Positions 47,732 through 57,841 of a DNA stretch of 64,000 nucleotides are shown here, piece by piece (within the stretch, counting starts at the first letter, position 1; each line of letters starts with the position of its first letter). Source of the stretch: Flavobacteriales bacterium (lineage in GTDB: Bacteria; Bacteroidota; Bacteroidia; Flavobacteriales_D; CALLUQ01); contig OY769938.1 in assembly GCA_963669295.1 (NCBI GenBank), positions 173,533 to 237,532 of the forward strand, written 5' to 3'. The translations under genes and the position numbers were made by a program. The notes under the pieces were generated by a model. That model was not told the origin of the DNA. It made no database searches and saw only the letters and a program-made list of their open reading frames with translations.

Positions 47732-50700
47732 CTAGGCCGGCTTTTGTTTCAATCGACGGTTATTCCATGCTGCCACTATAGCTACCAATCCAATCACAGC
47801 TAACGTATAGTACACAAAAGTGGGAATAGGCATAGGATCGCCAGCTGCATAAGAATGCAATCCTGAAAGGTAATAGTTCACCCCAAAATAGGTCATGATA
47901 ATAGCACCATACCCCAATACCGATGCGAGGTTAAACGTATAGTTGCTTTTGAACACTCCAGGTAAGAAGCGCATGTGCAATACAAAAGCATACACCAATA
48001 CCGAAGTCAATGCCCATGTTTCTTTGGGGTCCCAACCCCAGTAGCGTCCCCACGATTCGTTGGCCCATACCCCACCGAGGAAGGTACCAATGGTAAGCAT
48101 AAACAACCCAATGGTCATGGTCATTTCATTAATGTGGGTCAGCTCTCGAATGGTTAAATTCAATCGCTTTGCATTTTTCTTCGATTTCAATAACATGGTA
48201 ACCAGGTTGAGGAAACCCAACAAAGCACCCAATCCTAAAAACCCATAACTGGCTGTAATAATGGCCACGTGAATCATCAACCAATACGACTTCAACACCG
48301 GCACCAAATTGGTCACCTCTGGATCGAGCCAGTTGAGGTTCGCCACCATTAAAATCAATGAAGCAAGAATAGCAGTTATCGAAAGGGTAATGGGCGACTT
48401 TCGCGCAAAAACAAAACCCGCAAGCATGGTAGCCCAGGCAATGTACAACATCGACTCGTAGGCATTGCTCCAGGGCGCATGCCCCGAAATGTACCAACGG
48501 CCAATAAGGCCCAGGGTATGACCAACAAAGCCCAACAACAGCACCCCTATCACAATGCGAATAATGAGTTTAGGAATGCGGTTGGCTTTAAAAACATTGA
48601 GAAACAGTAAAATCAACAACACAAATCCCACCAACGAGTAATAGCTAAATAACCGCTTGAAAATTTTCCAATCGTTGTACTTAATTTCCATGCTTAGCTT
48701 GCGCTCCGAAGGAATGACTGCTGCACCATACTTGTGCTGGTATTCGCTAAGGTGCTCCAACAATTTATTGGCCTGGGTCCAATCGCCCGACTGTTTGGCT
48801 TCATGCACTTCCAGAAAATACATCTTCGACAACCCTTGAATGAGCAACGAATCATCGCCCGTTAAATCCGCTACCGGCTCAAAAGAAGAAGTCCACCGGT
48901 TGGCCTCATCGTTGGGTATGGGGAATATTTTGAGCAACGTGCCTGCATAGATGAGGTAACAAATGTTTACCCGCTCATCTACAGCAATCACATCCTTATC
49001 GTATTGACTGCGCTCGAAAGGTTTCTTTTGGTGTGCTTCTTCTGCCGGCCCCGACAAGATGTAGTTCAAATCTTCATCAAAAAAATCGAAGAATGCCCAG
49101 TAAGCTTTTCCTTCTTCTCCCAACTCCTTTTGCAGTTTTGGGTGGCGCACTTTAATGATGTCTTTAACTTGCCATTCCAGGGGATTCATTGTCATCTCCA
49201 AAAACACCTGATCGGCATGCATCCCTTCATACTCATCTTTGCGGTATACCTTGCGCAGTACTTCACTGGCCAGGGTATTGATAGGCTTTAAACGGCCTCC
49301 ATTGTCTTGCACCACCAATGCCCCAAACTTACGGGCATGCTCGTAGTCTACCATTTGGTTTTTAGCGCTGGTAGTATCGGTAAACTGATCGAGCTGTCCA
49401 AAAGCCAAAGAAGGCACCATCACTGCACCCAATAGCAATACATTCAATGCAGTTTTGGCCTTGCGCACATCTTTAATCTTTTTGTTCAATACCCCAAACC
49501 GGCTGTTCTTATTGAAGATGGATAAGATCATGGCCAGCGCCATCAACAAGTAACCAATGTAGGTTACCATGGTACCGTAGTAGTCGTGATTCACCGATAA
49601 AATGGTTCCCTGCTCATCCTGATCGTACGACGATTGGAAAAACCGGTATCCCTGGTAATCCAATACATTGTTCATAAAGATCTTATGAGGCTCATTCACA
49701 TTGTTGTTCGGATCGATTAAGGTGACTTCGCTCTCGAAAGAAGAAGGGCTCATAGAACCCGGGTAACGCTCCAACTTAAACTTGTCGAGTTTCAAGGCAA
49801 AAGGCAATACAATGGGCTTGGCTCCATAAGCCAGGTCAAAATTCACCCCGTTAAACGTAAACTGCTGATGCTCGCCCCATACTCCTTTTTGTCCAAACAG
49901 TACCACCTCTTTATGCTTGCCATTCACTGCAATATCCACCTTCAATGCGTCTTTATTATACTGTTCTTCCTCCTTCGGCATGCTCTCCAATTCCAGGCGG
50001 GCATTCGCATAATAATCTTGAAACACTACACTTATGCCAGCAATATTATAAAGGGTGCGGTGCTCAAAGGGGAGCAAAGTATCAGCTGGCAACAGCCCCT
50101 GGCTCTGATCCAACATTTTCATGTATTGCACATCAAAGGGCGACTCAAAGTAAAACTGATCTCCTTGAGATGTGATGCGCACTGCATTGGTATCTGTAGC
50201 ATCGTTCCAACTTACTTTCAAAAAACCAACATCCTTTGTTTCGCCTTCTTTCACATACACATTTTCGCGCCCATTACCGGTAGTAGTTACCAACGACAAC
50301 ATCGCCTCTCCCTCCCCTTCTTTTACCACATAATTGGCACGTGGCACAAAATCAACGTAATCGATAGAAATGTCGTGCTGCTCAAATTTCACCTTCTCAT
50401 TAAAACTATTGTCACTCAACACCGAAAACAATACTTGCTTATCGTACGTGTACTGCATTTTTAAATCGTTGGCCTTGATTTGCAAGTAGGTATTATCAGA
50501 CACAATAATGTTAGACTGCTGCCCCATGCGAATGTGCATCACCCCTTCGTAACTGATATAACGGGTAATGCCGGCACCAACAATGATGACCAAAAAGGCC
50601 AGGTGAAAAATGAAAATGGTGAGTTTGCCCTTGGTGAAATACTTCTTCTTAAAAAGGTTGCCAATCAGGTTAATAGACAACAATATCAACAACACCTCAA

Positions 50701-50851
50701 ACCAGGTGGCGTTGTATACCACTGCTTTTGCAGCAGTGGTACCGTAATCGTTTTCAATAAAAGTAGCGGTACCAATGGAAACGGCAAAGATGAAGATAAG
50801 TGCACCCATTAAGCGCATTGAGAACAAAAAACTCAAGATTTTCTTATCCAT
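47732..50851 (-). CDS. ccsA: fused system II cytochrome c biogenesis protein (CcsBA)
   Basis: GTATFIENDYG, FHLAF, ResB-like periplasmic region, WANESWGRYWGWDPKETW, GLHSYA; TACTTTTG promoter at 50877-50884. Confidence 0.95.
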   Translation of the reverse strand: MDKKILSFLFSMRLMGALIFIFAVSIGTATFIENDYGTTAAKAVVYNATWFEVLLILLSINLIGNLFKKKYFTKGKLTIFIFHLAFLVIIVGAGITRYISYEGVMHIRMGQQSNIIVSDNTYLQIKANDLKMQYTYDKQVLFSVLSDNSFNEKVKFEQHDISIDYVDFVPRANYVVKEGEGEAMLSLVTTTGNGRENVYVKEGETKDVGFLKVSWNDATDTNAVRITSQGDQFYFESPFDVQYMKMLDQSQGLLPADTLLPFEHRTLYNIAGISVVFQDYYANARLELESMPKEEEQYNKDALKVDIAVNGKHKEVVLFGQKGVWGEHQQFTFNGVNFDLAYGAKPIVLPFALKLDKFKLERYPGSMSPSSFESEVTLIDPNNNVNEPHKIFMNNVLDYQGYRFFQSSYDQDEQGTILSVNHDYYGTMVTYIGYLLMALAMILSIFNKNSRFGVLNKKIKDVRKAKTALNVLLLGAVMVPSLAFGQLDQFTDTTSAKNQMVDYEHARKFGALVVQDNGGRLKPINTLASEVLRKVYRKDEYEGMHADQVFLEMTMNPLEWQVKDIIKVRHPKLQKELGEEGKAYWAFFDFFDEDLNYILSGPAEEAHQKKPFERSQYDKDVIAVDERVNICYLIYAGTLLKIFPIPNDEANRWTSSFEPVADLTGDDSLLIQGLSKMYFLEVHEAKQSGDWTQANKLLEHLSEYQHKYGAAVIPSERKLSMEIKYNDWKIFKRLFSYYSLVGFVLLILLFLNVFKANRIPKLIIRIVIGVLLLGFVGHTLGLIGRWYISGHAPWSNAYESMLYIAWATMLAGFVFARKSPITLSITAILASLILMVANLNWLDPEVTNLVPVLKSYWLMIHVAIITASYGFLGLGALLGFLNLVTMLLKSKKNAKRLNLTIRELTHINEMTMTIGLFMLTIGTFLGGVWANESWGRYWGWDPKETWALTSVLVYAFVLHMRFLPGVFKSNYTFNLASVLGYGAIIMTYFGVNYYLSGLHSYAAGDPMPIPTFVYYTLAVIGLVAIVAAWNNRRLKQKPA

Positions 50852-51033
50852 GTGTTTGCCATTAAAGATAGCGCGGCAAAAGTAAGCATTTACTCCCAGT
50901 TTACCCCGCCAGTTTTTTTATTTTTCGATGCATTCAATGAATCTGTCTTCGAAAATGACGGTGGTGTTTTATCTTTTTTCTAATTTCGAAAAAAAAGAGC
51001 AAGGAAAAAGGGACCTCCCCGACAAGAAAAAGT

Positions 51034-51819
51034 ATGGAATCAACCACTATCAACAATGTTGTCATCATTGGTGCAGGAAATGTAGCTACCCACCTTGGAA
51101 TGGCCCTGCAAAATGTAGGTGTACATACGTTGCAGGTAGTAGGAAAAACGGTTCATCATGCCGCTGAGTTGGCTCAACAACTTGGCACCACATATACCAC
51201 CAACTGGGAAGGGCTTCGTGCCGATGCTGATTTATACCTTATTGCGGTAAACGATGATGCGGTACAAGAGGTAGCCAGGCAATTGCACACCTCTGCTATG
51301 GTGGCACATACTTCGGGCAGTGTGCCCATGAGTGCACTGGAACACCATCCGCAACATGGCATCTTTTACCCTTTGCAAACATTTTCTAAAAACAAGCCGG
51401 TAAGTAATACCAACATTCCTTTTTGCATTGAAGGAAACAACAGCACTACCGAAGCGGCCTTGATGGCACTTGCACAACGACTGTCCAACAATGTACAGTC
51501 CATCAGCTCTACCCAGCGAAAGCACTTGCACCTGGCTGCCGTATTTGCTTGCAACTTCAGCAACCACATGTATGCCATTGCCGATGAACTGTTAAAAGAA
51601 CAACAGTTGGATGTAAGTATACTACAACCATTGATTGAAGAAACAGCAAAGAAAATTAAGGGCAACGCTCCGGCAAGCATGCAAACGGGGCCAGCACAAC
51701 GAAAAGATCATGCTGTAATGGAGCAACAAATCGCATTATTGCAACAACATCCAGATTATCAAAAATTGTATAAATTGTTGAGCGAAAGCATTACCAAACA
51801 CCATGGAGAAGAATTATAA
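51034..51819 (+). CDS. Rossmann-like plus DUF2520 oxidoreductase (PanG-like)
   Basis: IIGAGNVA, HTSGS, FYPLQTFSK, LHLAAVFACNF.NH, QTGPA.R. Confidence 0.9.
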   Translation: MESTTINNVVIIGAGNVATHLGMALQNVGVHTLQVVGKTVHHAAELAQQLGTTYTTNWEGLRADADLYLIAVNDDAVQEVARQLHTSAMVAHTSGSVPMSALEHHPQHGIFYPLQTFSKNKPVSNTNIPFCIEGNNSTTEAALMALAQRLSNNVQSISSTQRKHLHLAAVFACNFSNHMYAIADELLKEQQLDVSILQPLIEETAKKIKGNAPASMQTGPAQRKDHAVMEQQIALLQQHPDYQKLYKLLSESITKHHGEEL

Positions 51820-52327
51820 GCAATTACTGGGAGCAATTACCACCTGTATTTTTGATGTGGATGGTGTGTTAACCGACAGCTCGGTCATCTTATTGCCATC
51901 AGGCGATCAGGCACGCACCATGTCGGTTAGGGATGGTTATGCTTTGCAATTGGCAGTAAAAAAAGGGTTCAATATCTGCATCATTTCTGGAGGCTCTTCT
52001 GAAGCAGTACGCGATCGCTTAGAAAAACTTGGCGTGCAAGACGTTTTTTTAGGCGTAGCCAACAAAATAGAAGTGTACGAACAATACATAAACGACCATA
52101 ATCTCAGTCCTGAGCAAGTGCTATACATGGGCGACGATATTCCCGATTACCATGTGATGCGCAAAGCTGGTTTAGCCGTTTGCCCGGCCAATGCAGCGGA
52201 AGAAATTAAAAGCATTGCCCACTACGTTTCGAATGTGCCTGGCGGCAAAGGATGTGTACGTGATGTAATAGAACAAATGCTTAAAGTACAGGGAAAGTGG
52301 TTCGATAAGGATTCTTTTGAATGGTAA
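51803..52327 (+). CDS. kdsC: KDO 8-phosphate phosphatase (HAD IIIA)
   Basis: FDVDGVLTD, RDGYA, YMGDDIPD, GGKGCVRDVIE. Confidence 0.88.
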   Translation: MEKNYKQLLGAITTCIFDVDGVLTDSSVILLPSGDQARTMSVRDGYALQLAVKKGFNICIISGGSSEAVRDRLEKLGVQDVFLGVANKIEVYEQYINDHNLSPEQVLYMGDDIPDYHVMRKAGLAVCPANAAEEIKSIAHYVSNVPGGKGCVRDVIEQMLKVQGKWFDKDSFEW

Positions 52328-52328
52328 G

Positions 52329-53324
52329 ATGCTTGGATTTTTTAAACTCATAAGGCCCCTTAACCTCGCCATCATTGCACTTACGATGTACCTCATCCGA
52401 TGGTTCATCATTTACCCCATTATTTCGGTAGAAACCGTGTTTTATTTCGACTTTGAGCTACAAATGAGCGAGTTCGACTTTTTCTTGCTCGTCATGTCTA
52501 CCATCTTCATCGCAGCGGCAGGGTATATTATTAACGACTACTTCGACTTACGTGCCGATCGCATTAACAAGCCCCACCGGGTAATTGTAGGGCGGGTGGT
52601 AAAGCGTCGGGTAGCCATGGTAACCCATTTTGCATTCAACCTTATTGGCATAGGCCTTGGTGCCTACCTGGCCTACAAGGTCGACTTCTGGAAACTGGGC
52701 ATCATACATATATTTTCTGCTGCCTCATTGTGGTATTACTCCGTCATCTTTAAGCGCGAGTTTTTGATTGGCAACCTCATCATTGCCCTCATGGCTGGGC
52801 TGGTACCTGTTATGGTTGGCGTGTTTGAAATTCCATTGCTCACCAAAGAATACGGTCAAACAGTATTCCATGCCTTTAAAGAATATGGTGTAGAAAGCAG
52901 CGCCCTCGACTACTTTAAAATACTGTACTACTGGATAGCAGGCTATGCGGCCTTTGCTTTTGTAGCTACCCTTATTCGGGAAATTCAAAAAGATTTGGCC
53001 GACATCGAAGGCGATCGTATTGTAGGTTGTAAAACCGTACCCATAGTGGTGGGCGAAAAAGCTACCAAAGGTATTGTGGTGGCGTTGATGGTAGTACTAC
53101 TAGCAGCGTTGGTTGGCGTAATGTATCAATTCGAAGATTTTTATGCCACCCTGTACTTTTCCATAGCAGTGGCAGTGCCCTTACTCATTAGCGCAGTGCT
53201 TACCCTTAGGGCTCAAACACGCAAGCAACACCTTGCTGCCTGCAACTTCGTAAAAATAGCCATGGCCACAGCCGTATTGTACGGATTGGTATTTGCCTAT
53301 ACGCTACAACTACAAATTACATGA
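52329..53324 (+). CDS. UbiA-superfamily prenyltransferase (DGGGP synthase-like)
   Basis: LIRPLNL, GYIINDYFD...DRINKP, REIQKDLADIEGD. Confidence 0.9.
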   Translation: MLGFFKLIRPLNLAIIALTMYLIRWFIIYPIISVETVFYFDFELQMSEFDFFLLVMSTIFIAAAGYIINDYFDLRADRINKPHRVIVGRVVKRRVAMVTHFAFNLIGIGLGAYLAYKVDFWKLGIIHIFSAASLWYYSVIFKREFLIGNLIIALMAGLVPVMVGVFEIPLLTKEYGQTVFHAFKEYGVESSALDYFKILYYWIAGYAAFAFVATLIREIQKDLADIEGDRIVGCKTVPIVVGEKATKGIVVALMVVLLAALVGVMYQFEDFYATLYFSIAVAVPLLISAVLTLRAQTRKQHLAACNFVKIAMATAVLYGLVFAYTLQLQIT

Positions 53325-53893
53325 TTGCCGAACACTTAACCATTACCCTCGCCTCAAAATCGCCACGCAGGCAGCAATTGCTAGAAGCCATGGGCGTGCA
53401 CTTCACGGTGAAGGTAAAGGAGGTGGAAGAGGTATTTCCTGAAGACCTCCCGTGTGAGGAAGTAGCCCTTTACCTGGCTCGATTAAAAGCCAGTGCTTTT
53501 GATAACGACCGACAAGAAGGAGAGGTAACCATTACTGCCGACACCACCGTTTGCCTAAACGGTAGAATATTGAACAAGCCTGCCAACCGGGAGGAAGCCA
53601 TAAAAATGCTGCGCTCCCTTTCGGGCAATCAACACACCGTTGTTACAGGCGTTTGCTTAAAGTCGAATACAAAAACCACCGAATTTTCCTCGGCAACAAA
53701 AGTGTATTTCAAACCACTAACCACTGTCGAAATAGAACACTATGTAGATACCTATCAACCCTTCGATAAAGCAGGTTCTTACGGCATCCAGGAATGGATT
53801 GGGTACATCGGCATCGAAAAAATAGAAGGTTGCTACTTCAACGTGGTGGGCCTCCCCCTCAACAAAGTTTATGATGCGCTACTACAGTTTTAA
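53321..53893 (+). CDS. maf: Maf nucleotide pyrophosphatase
   Basis: LASKSPRRQQLL, TADT.V, DKAGSYGIQ, NVVGLP. Confidence 0.93.
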   Translation: MIAEHLTITLASKSPRRQQLLEAMGVHFTVKVKEVEEVFPEDLPCEEVALYLARLKASAFDNDRQEGEVTITADTTVCLNGRILNKPANREEAIKMLRSLSGNQHTVVTGVCLKSNTKTTEFSSATKVYFKPLTTVEIEHYVDTYQPFDKAGSYGIQEWIGYIGIEKIEGCYFNVVGLPLNKVYDALLQF

Positions 53894-53906
53894 ATGCCTT
53901 GCTTTG

Positions 53907-54080
53907 ATGGCTGCATTGCTGTGCTTTAACACAGCCTGGGCCGACACCACCGCAGTAGCAGACACTACAACGCAAGGAACAACCCAGGAAGGAAGTAATG
54001 CCTGGCTCTATTTTGGGTTGATGATTGTAATCGGCGTAATACTGGTGTTTCGCGATTATAAAAATCGTACGACCCAATAG
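53907..54080 (+). CDS. small membrane protein (signal peptide, Thr-rich linker, C-terminal TM)
   Basis: MAALLCFNTAWA-DTTAVADTTTQGTTQ-WLYFGLMIVIGVILVF-RDYKNR; start could be as early as 53871. Confidence 0.55.
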   Translation: MAALLCFNTAWADTTAVADTTTQGTTQEGSNAWLYFGLMIVIGVILVFRDYKNRTTQ

Positions 54081-54121
54081 AATATACTATCTTTAAACCC
54101 TGCAAAAAGAATTCATCTGTT

Positions 54122-55825
54122 ATGACTGAGACAAAGAAACCATCGTTACTCATTGCTTTTATTCCCGTCATCTTTTTAATTGGCATTTTGATGCTCAATG
54201 TAAAGTTGTATGGCGATGCCACCTTAGATGGTTCTAACCAGATGACCTTACTTTTCTCGGGTACGGTAGCTGCTATTTTGGGGCTCACCTATGGCGTGAA
54301 GTGGAAAAAAATCATGGATGGGGTTACCAAAAGTATTGGATCGGCACTGAGTGCATTGATCATTCTTTTGCTCATTGGTTCGTTGGCCGGCACCTGGATA
54401 CTCAGCGGTATTGTACCCGCTATGATATACTATGGGTTAGACATTCTTAGTCCAAGTATTTTCTTGTTTGCTACCTGCATCATTTGCATCATTGTTTCGT
54501 TGGCCACTGGTAGCTCATGGACTACGGTAGCTACCGTTGGCATTGCCTTAATAGGCATCGGTAAGTTCTTAGGACTTTCAGAAGCGGTGGTGGCAGGCGC
54601 CATCATTTCAGGAGCCTACTTTGGCGATAAGATGTCGCCATTGTCAGACACCACCAACCTGGCACCTGCCATGGCTGGAACCGATTTATTTACCCACATC
54701 CGTTACATGATGTGGACCACCATTCCTTCCATCACCATTGCCCTTATCATTTTCCTCATTATGGGGTTTGCAGGTGCTGGCGATGCGGAGGTAACAGGAG
54801 TAGCTGAGTTGCAAGAAGCCATTGCTTCGAAATTCTACATCAACCCTGTATTGTTTTTAGTACCGGTAGGGGTCATTTTTATGATTGTAAAGAAAGTACC
54901 TGCCATCCCTGCCCTATTAGCAGGAGCGATTTTAGGCGGTGTTTTCGCCATCATTTTTCAACCCGACTTGATTAAAGAGGTAGGTGCCGGAACAGACATT
55001 GAAGTGGTCACCAACCAGGAGCATTTGACCTATAGCTGGAGCAACGACTCGGAAGGCAGTGCTGCCAACTTCACCCTGCCTGGCGAACATACCCTTACCG
55101 TAACCGATACGGTAACCAATGCCAGTGCTACTGCTAAAGTTATTGTTCCTCCTTATTCGGAAAACGCACAAAATGTAACTACAGAATTAACCATAAATAA
55201 TGTGCCCACCACCATCGAGCTGAACATGAGTCGAGGATCTTTTGGCGTGGCCGCCTACATGTCGGTCATCAATGCCATGACCATCGATATGGCCTATACT
55301 ACAGGCAACGATAAGGTAGACGAACTGCTGGGCACCAGCGGCATGTCGGGCATGCTGGGCACCATATGGCTCATTGTATGCGCCATGAGCTTTGGTGGTA
55401 TCATGGAAGCTACAGGCATGCTGCAACGCATCGCGGCATCCATCCTTTCGATGGCCAAATCGGTAGGGGCATTGGTAGCTACCACCACAGGTACCTGTAT
55501 CTTCTTTAACGTTACTGCATCCGATCAGTATTTATCGTTAGTAGTGCCCGGCCGAATGTTTGCCAATGAGTATAAAGAACGAGGATTACAACCACAACTG
55601 CTCAGTAGAACACTCGAAGACTCGGGAACAGTAACATCGGCACTGGTGCCCTGGAATACGTGTGGAGCATATCATGCTGGTGTATTGGGAGTAGCTACAG
55701 GCGAATACTTCATGTATGCCTTCTTCAACCTCATCAGTCCTATAATGACCATGATCTTTGGATTTATGGGTTGGGGCATTGCCAAACCAGGAGAAGCGAT
55801 AGAAACACCTGCTGAGGTAGAATAA
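54122..55825 (+). CDS. nhaC: NhaC-family Na+/H+ antiporter (or amino-acid transporter) with inserted soluble domain
   Basis: TGSSWTT..TVG, SGAYFGDKMSPLSDTTNLA, LSRTLEDSGT...PWN.CG. Confidence 0.9.
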   Translation: MTETKKPSLLIAFIPVIFLIGILMLNVKLYGDATLDGSNQMTLLFSGTVAAILGLTYGVKWKKIMDGVTKSIGSALSALIILLLIGSLAGTWILSGIVPAMIYYGLDILSPSIFLFATCIICIIVSLATGSSWTTVATVGIALIGIGKFLGLSEAVVAGAIISGAYFGDKMSPLSDTTNLAPAMAGTDLFTHIRYMMWTTIPSITIALIIFLIMGFAGAGDAEVTGVAELQEAIASKFYINPVLFLVPVGVIFMIVKKVPAIPALLAGAILGGVFAIIFQPDLIKEVGAGTDIEVVTNQEHLTYSWSNDSEGSAANFTLPGEHTLTVTDTVTNASATAKVIVPPYSENAQNVTTELTINNVPTTIELNMSRGSFGVAAYMSVINAMTIDMAYTTGNDKVDELLGTSGMSGMLGTIWLIVCAMSFGGIMEATGMLQRIAASILSMAKSVGALVATTTGTCIFFNVTASDQYLSLVVPGRMFANEYKERGLQPQLLSRTLEDSGTVTSALVPWNTCGAYHAGVLGVATGEYFMYAFFNLISPIMTMIFGFMGWGIAKPGEAIETPAEVE

Positions 55826-56908
55826 TCAAGCTTGCATAAAATCGCTGATCAATTGGTGAAAATGATGCACCCCTTTTTCCATACGAGGTGAAAAACGTCC
55901 TTTCTTGTACAAGTAAGACCCCGTGCCGCGCTGTACTTTTTCTACCACTGCCTCATCTTCACGCTCCACACGGTCCAACAGTGCTCCAGCACCCTGATCA
56001 ATTTTAGTAGGGTCCCATATATACGAGCGAAACGATACCTTGGTTAAATCTGGCGCCAACGGTCGTACAATATTCACCGATAGCCCCCATGGGTAAAAGT
56101 TAAACATCATGTTGGGGAACAACCAATAGTAATATGCTGCCACTTTTTTGCCGTAATCGGGAGAGCTTTCGGGCAAATCAAACACCACATCACCTCCCTT
56201 AGCTATGCCTAATTGTAAATTGGAGTATCGGTAAATTTCACTGGCATAGCTCGAATAATCCAACGCTGCCGCCAAATCTTTATGAATGAATGGAATGTGA
56301 AAGCCCTCCAGGTAATTGTCGCAATACAACGCCCAATTAGCACGTACCAAATAATCTTGCGACCGATTGGGATCGAACTTAAATTCGTTGAATGGCATCC
56401 ACCCTACCCGTTCGTCCATTTCCTTTACCAGCTCCTCAAAAGGGAAAGCCGGCGACAAAGAAGCAAACAAAAACTTGCCCCATTGCTTGAAAGCCACTTG
56501 CGGCAAATCATCATCTTTAGAAGGGAAATCTTGCATGCCTTCACATTCAGGCATCGACTTAAAACAACCATTCAACTCAAAACGCCTGCCATGATAGCCA
56601 CAACGCAGTCCTCCTTGAATAGGGCCAGCACTTTCTACCAGGATATTTCCACGATGAGTACACACATTCGACATGCAATGCAACTGATCATCTTTATCGC
56701 GAGCAAACAACAACGGTTCGTCTACAAACCCTTCCAGGTATTTGAAAGGATAAACAGTAGATGGAATATTGATTTGATCCGTTTCAGTAATGAATTGCCA
56801 ACTTTTTACAAAAATCGAGTCTTTCGATTGTTCAAAGTATGTTGGCGACTTGTAAAAACTGCCAGGAAGCGTAAATGCTTTGGTAATGTCTTTATCAATA
56901 TTTATCAT
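55826..56908 (-). CDS. Rieske non-heme iron oxygenase alpha subunit (choline monooxygenase-like)
   Basis: CTHRG...CGYHG Rieske motif; DNYLEGFHIPFIH Fe site; TLPGSFY. Confidence 0.9.
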   Translation of the reverse strand: MINIDKDITKAFTLPGSFYKSPTYFEQSKDSIFVKSWQFITETDQINIPSTVYPFKYLEGFVDEPLLFARDKDDQLHCMSNVCTHRGNILVESAGPIQGGLRCGYHGRRFELNGCFKSMPECEGMQDFPSKDDDLPQVAFKQWGKFLFASLSPAFPFEELVKEMDERVGWMPFNEFKFDPNRSQDYLVRANWALYCDNYLEGFHIPFIHKDLAAALDYSSYASEIYRYSNLQLGIAKGGDVVFDLPESSPDYGKKVAAYYYWLFPNMMFNFYPWGLSVNIVRPLAPDLTKVSFRSYIWDPTKIDQGAGALLDRVEREDEAVVEKVQRGTGSYLYKKGRFSPRMEKGVHHFHQLISDFMQA

Positions 56909-57076
56909 CGATTCAGCAGGTTAGGTACACAAACAAAGGTAGAAATTTCATATTTCAAAAATCTGCCTATATTTATAGTTGAGTAAAATCGTGAACCAAT
57001 ACAACCTTTTTGTAACAAATCACGTCGTAGCATCGTAGATATTTAACTGGGGAGCTCTCTAAAACCAATTAAACCA

Positions 57077-57841
57077 GTGAGGGGAAAAATAGCATTTACA
57101 ATCTTTAGCTGCTTAACTGCAATTTCCATAGGAATTGCACAACCGGGTAATTCAAGCATCAAGCTTGAAAACCAAATTCCAAAGAAGGTAACTTACGATG
57201 AAACCATCATCGATCCAAGATATGGTATTCAATTGTACGAACCGCTCAATTTTCAGTTGGGAGGTGATTCGGTGCGTAACTGTGAAGATGGCTATGCCTG
57301 CCAATCGTGGGTAGAAGATTTTTATGCCAATGGCAACCTGCTTCACAAAGGGTATTACATCGACGGGCAATTAAAGTTCTATAAAAACTACTTCCCTACC
57401 GGACAGTTAGAACGAGAATTTAAAAACCTCGATAACGTTCGTTGCACCATGGTAAAATACTACTCTAACGGCCAAATGAAGTCGAAAGTAAAGTATGTAG
57501 ATGGTGGAGCCATCCTTTGGCAAGACTTTTACTCGAACGGCAACCCTGAATTTTACGAAGAATACCACAAGAGTTTTGACTATCACATTGCCCGGAAGTC
57601 ATACTTTGAAAATGGTAATCCACAATCTACGCTAGAAATGGTGAACAAGAAAAAGTTGGACTTTGTGAAGAAAGAATACTACGAGAATGGTCAGGTAAAG
57701 ATTGATGGCGCTGTAAAATACGATCGCGCTGGCTTTGATTACTACAGTACCGGAAAATGGACCTATTACGATGAAAATGGCAACCCTACAAAAGAAGAAT
57801 ACTATACCAAAGGTACCGTAACCAAGGAAAAGACCTTTTAG
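57077..57841 (+). CDS. MORN-variant repeat protein (YwqK-like)
   Basis: signal peptide; repeated YY.NGQ.K / Y.ENG motifs. Confidence 0.85.
   Translation: MRGKIAFTIFSCLTAISIGIAQPGNSSIKLENQIPKKVTYDETIIDPRYGIQLYEPLNFQLGGDSVRNCEDGYACQSWVEDFYANGNLLHKGYYIDGQLKFYKNYFPTGQLEREFKNLDNVRCTMVKYYSNGQMKSKVKYVDGGAILWQDFYSNGNPEFYEEYHKSFDYHIARKSYFENGNPQSTLEMVNKKKLDFVKKEYYENGQVKIDGAVKYDRAGFDYYSTGKWTYYDENGNPTKEEYYTKGTVTKEKTF

Noticed and set aside
52329-53324. DGGGP-synthase-like UbiA as evidence of archaeal-type ether lipids
   Set aside because: This gene is a routine member of the DUF2520-kdsC-ubiA-maf neighbourhood in Bacteroidota, and no other ether-lipid genes are here.
56282-56986. Long antisense or overlapping ORFs in the track (for example 56282-56986, 27900-28559, 14285-14893, 17768-18349, 49868-50464)
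   Set aside because: They are shadows of well-supported genes on the opposite strand and have no recognisable motifs.
57077-57841. YwqK-like protein as part of a toxin-antitoxin pair
   Set aside because: It has MORN-variant repeats with a signal peptide and no adjacent toxin; such proteins are common in Bacteroidota.
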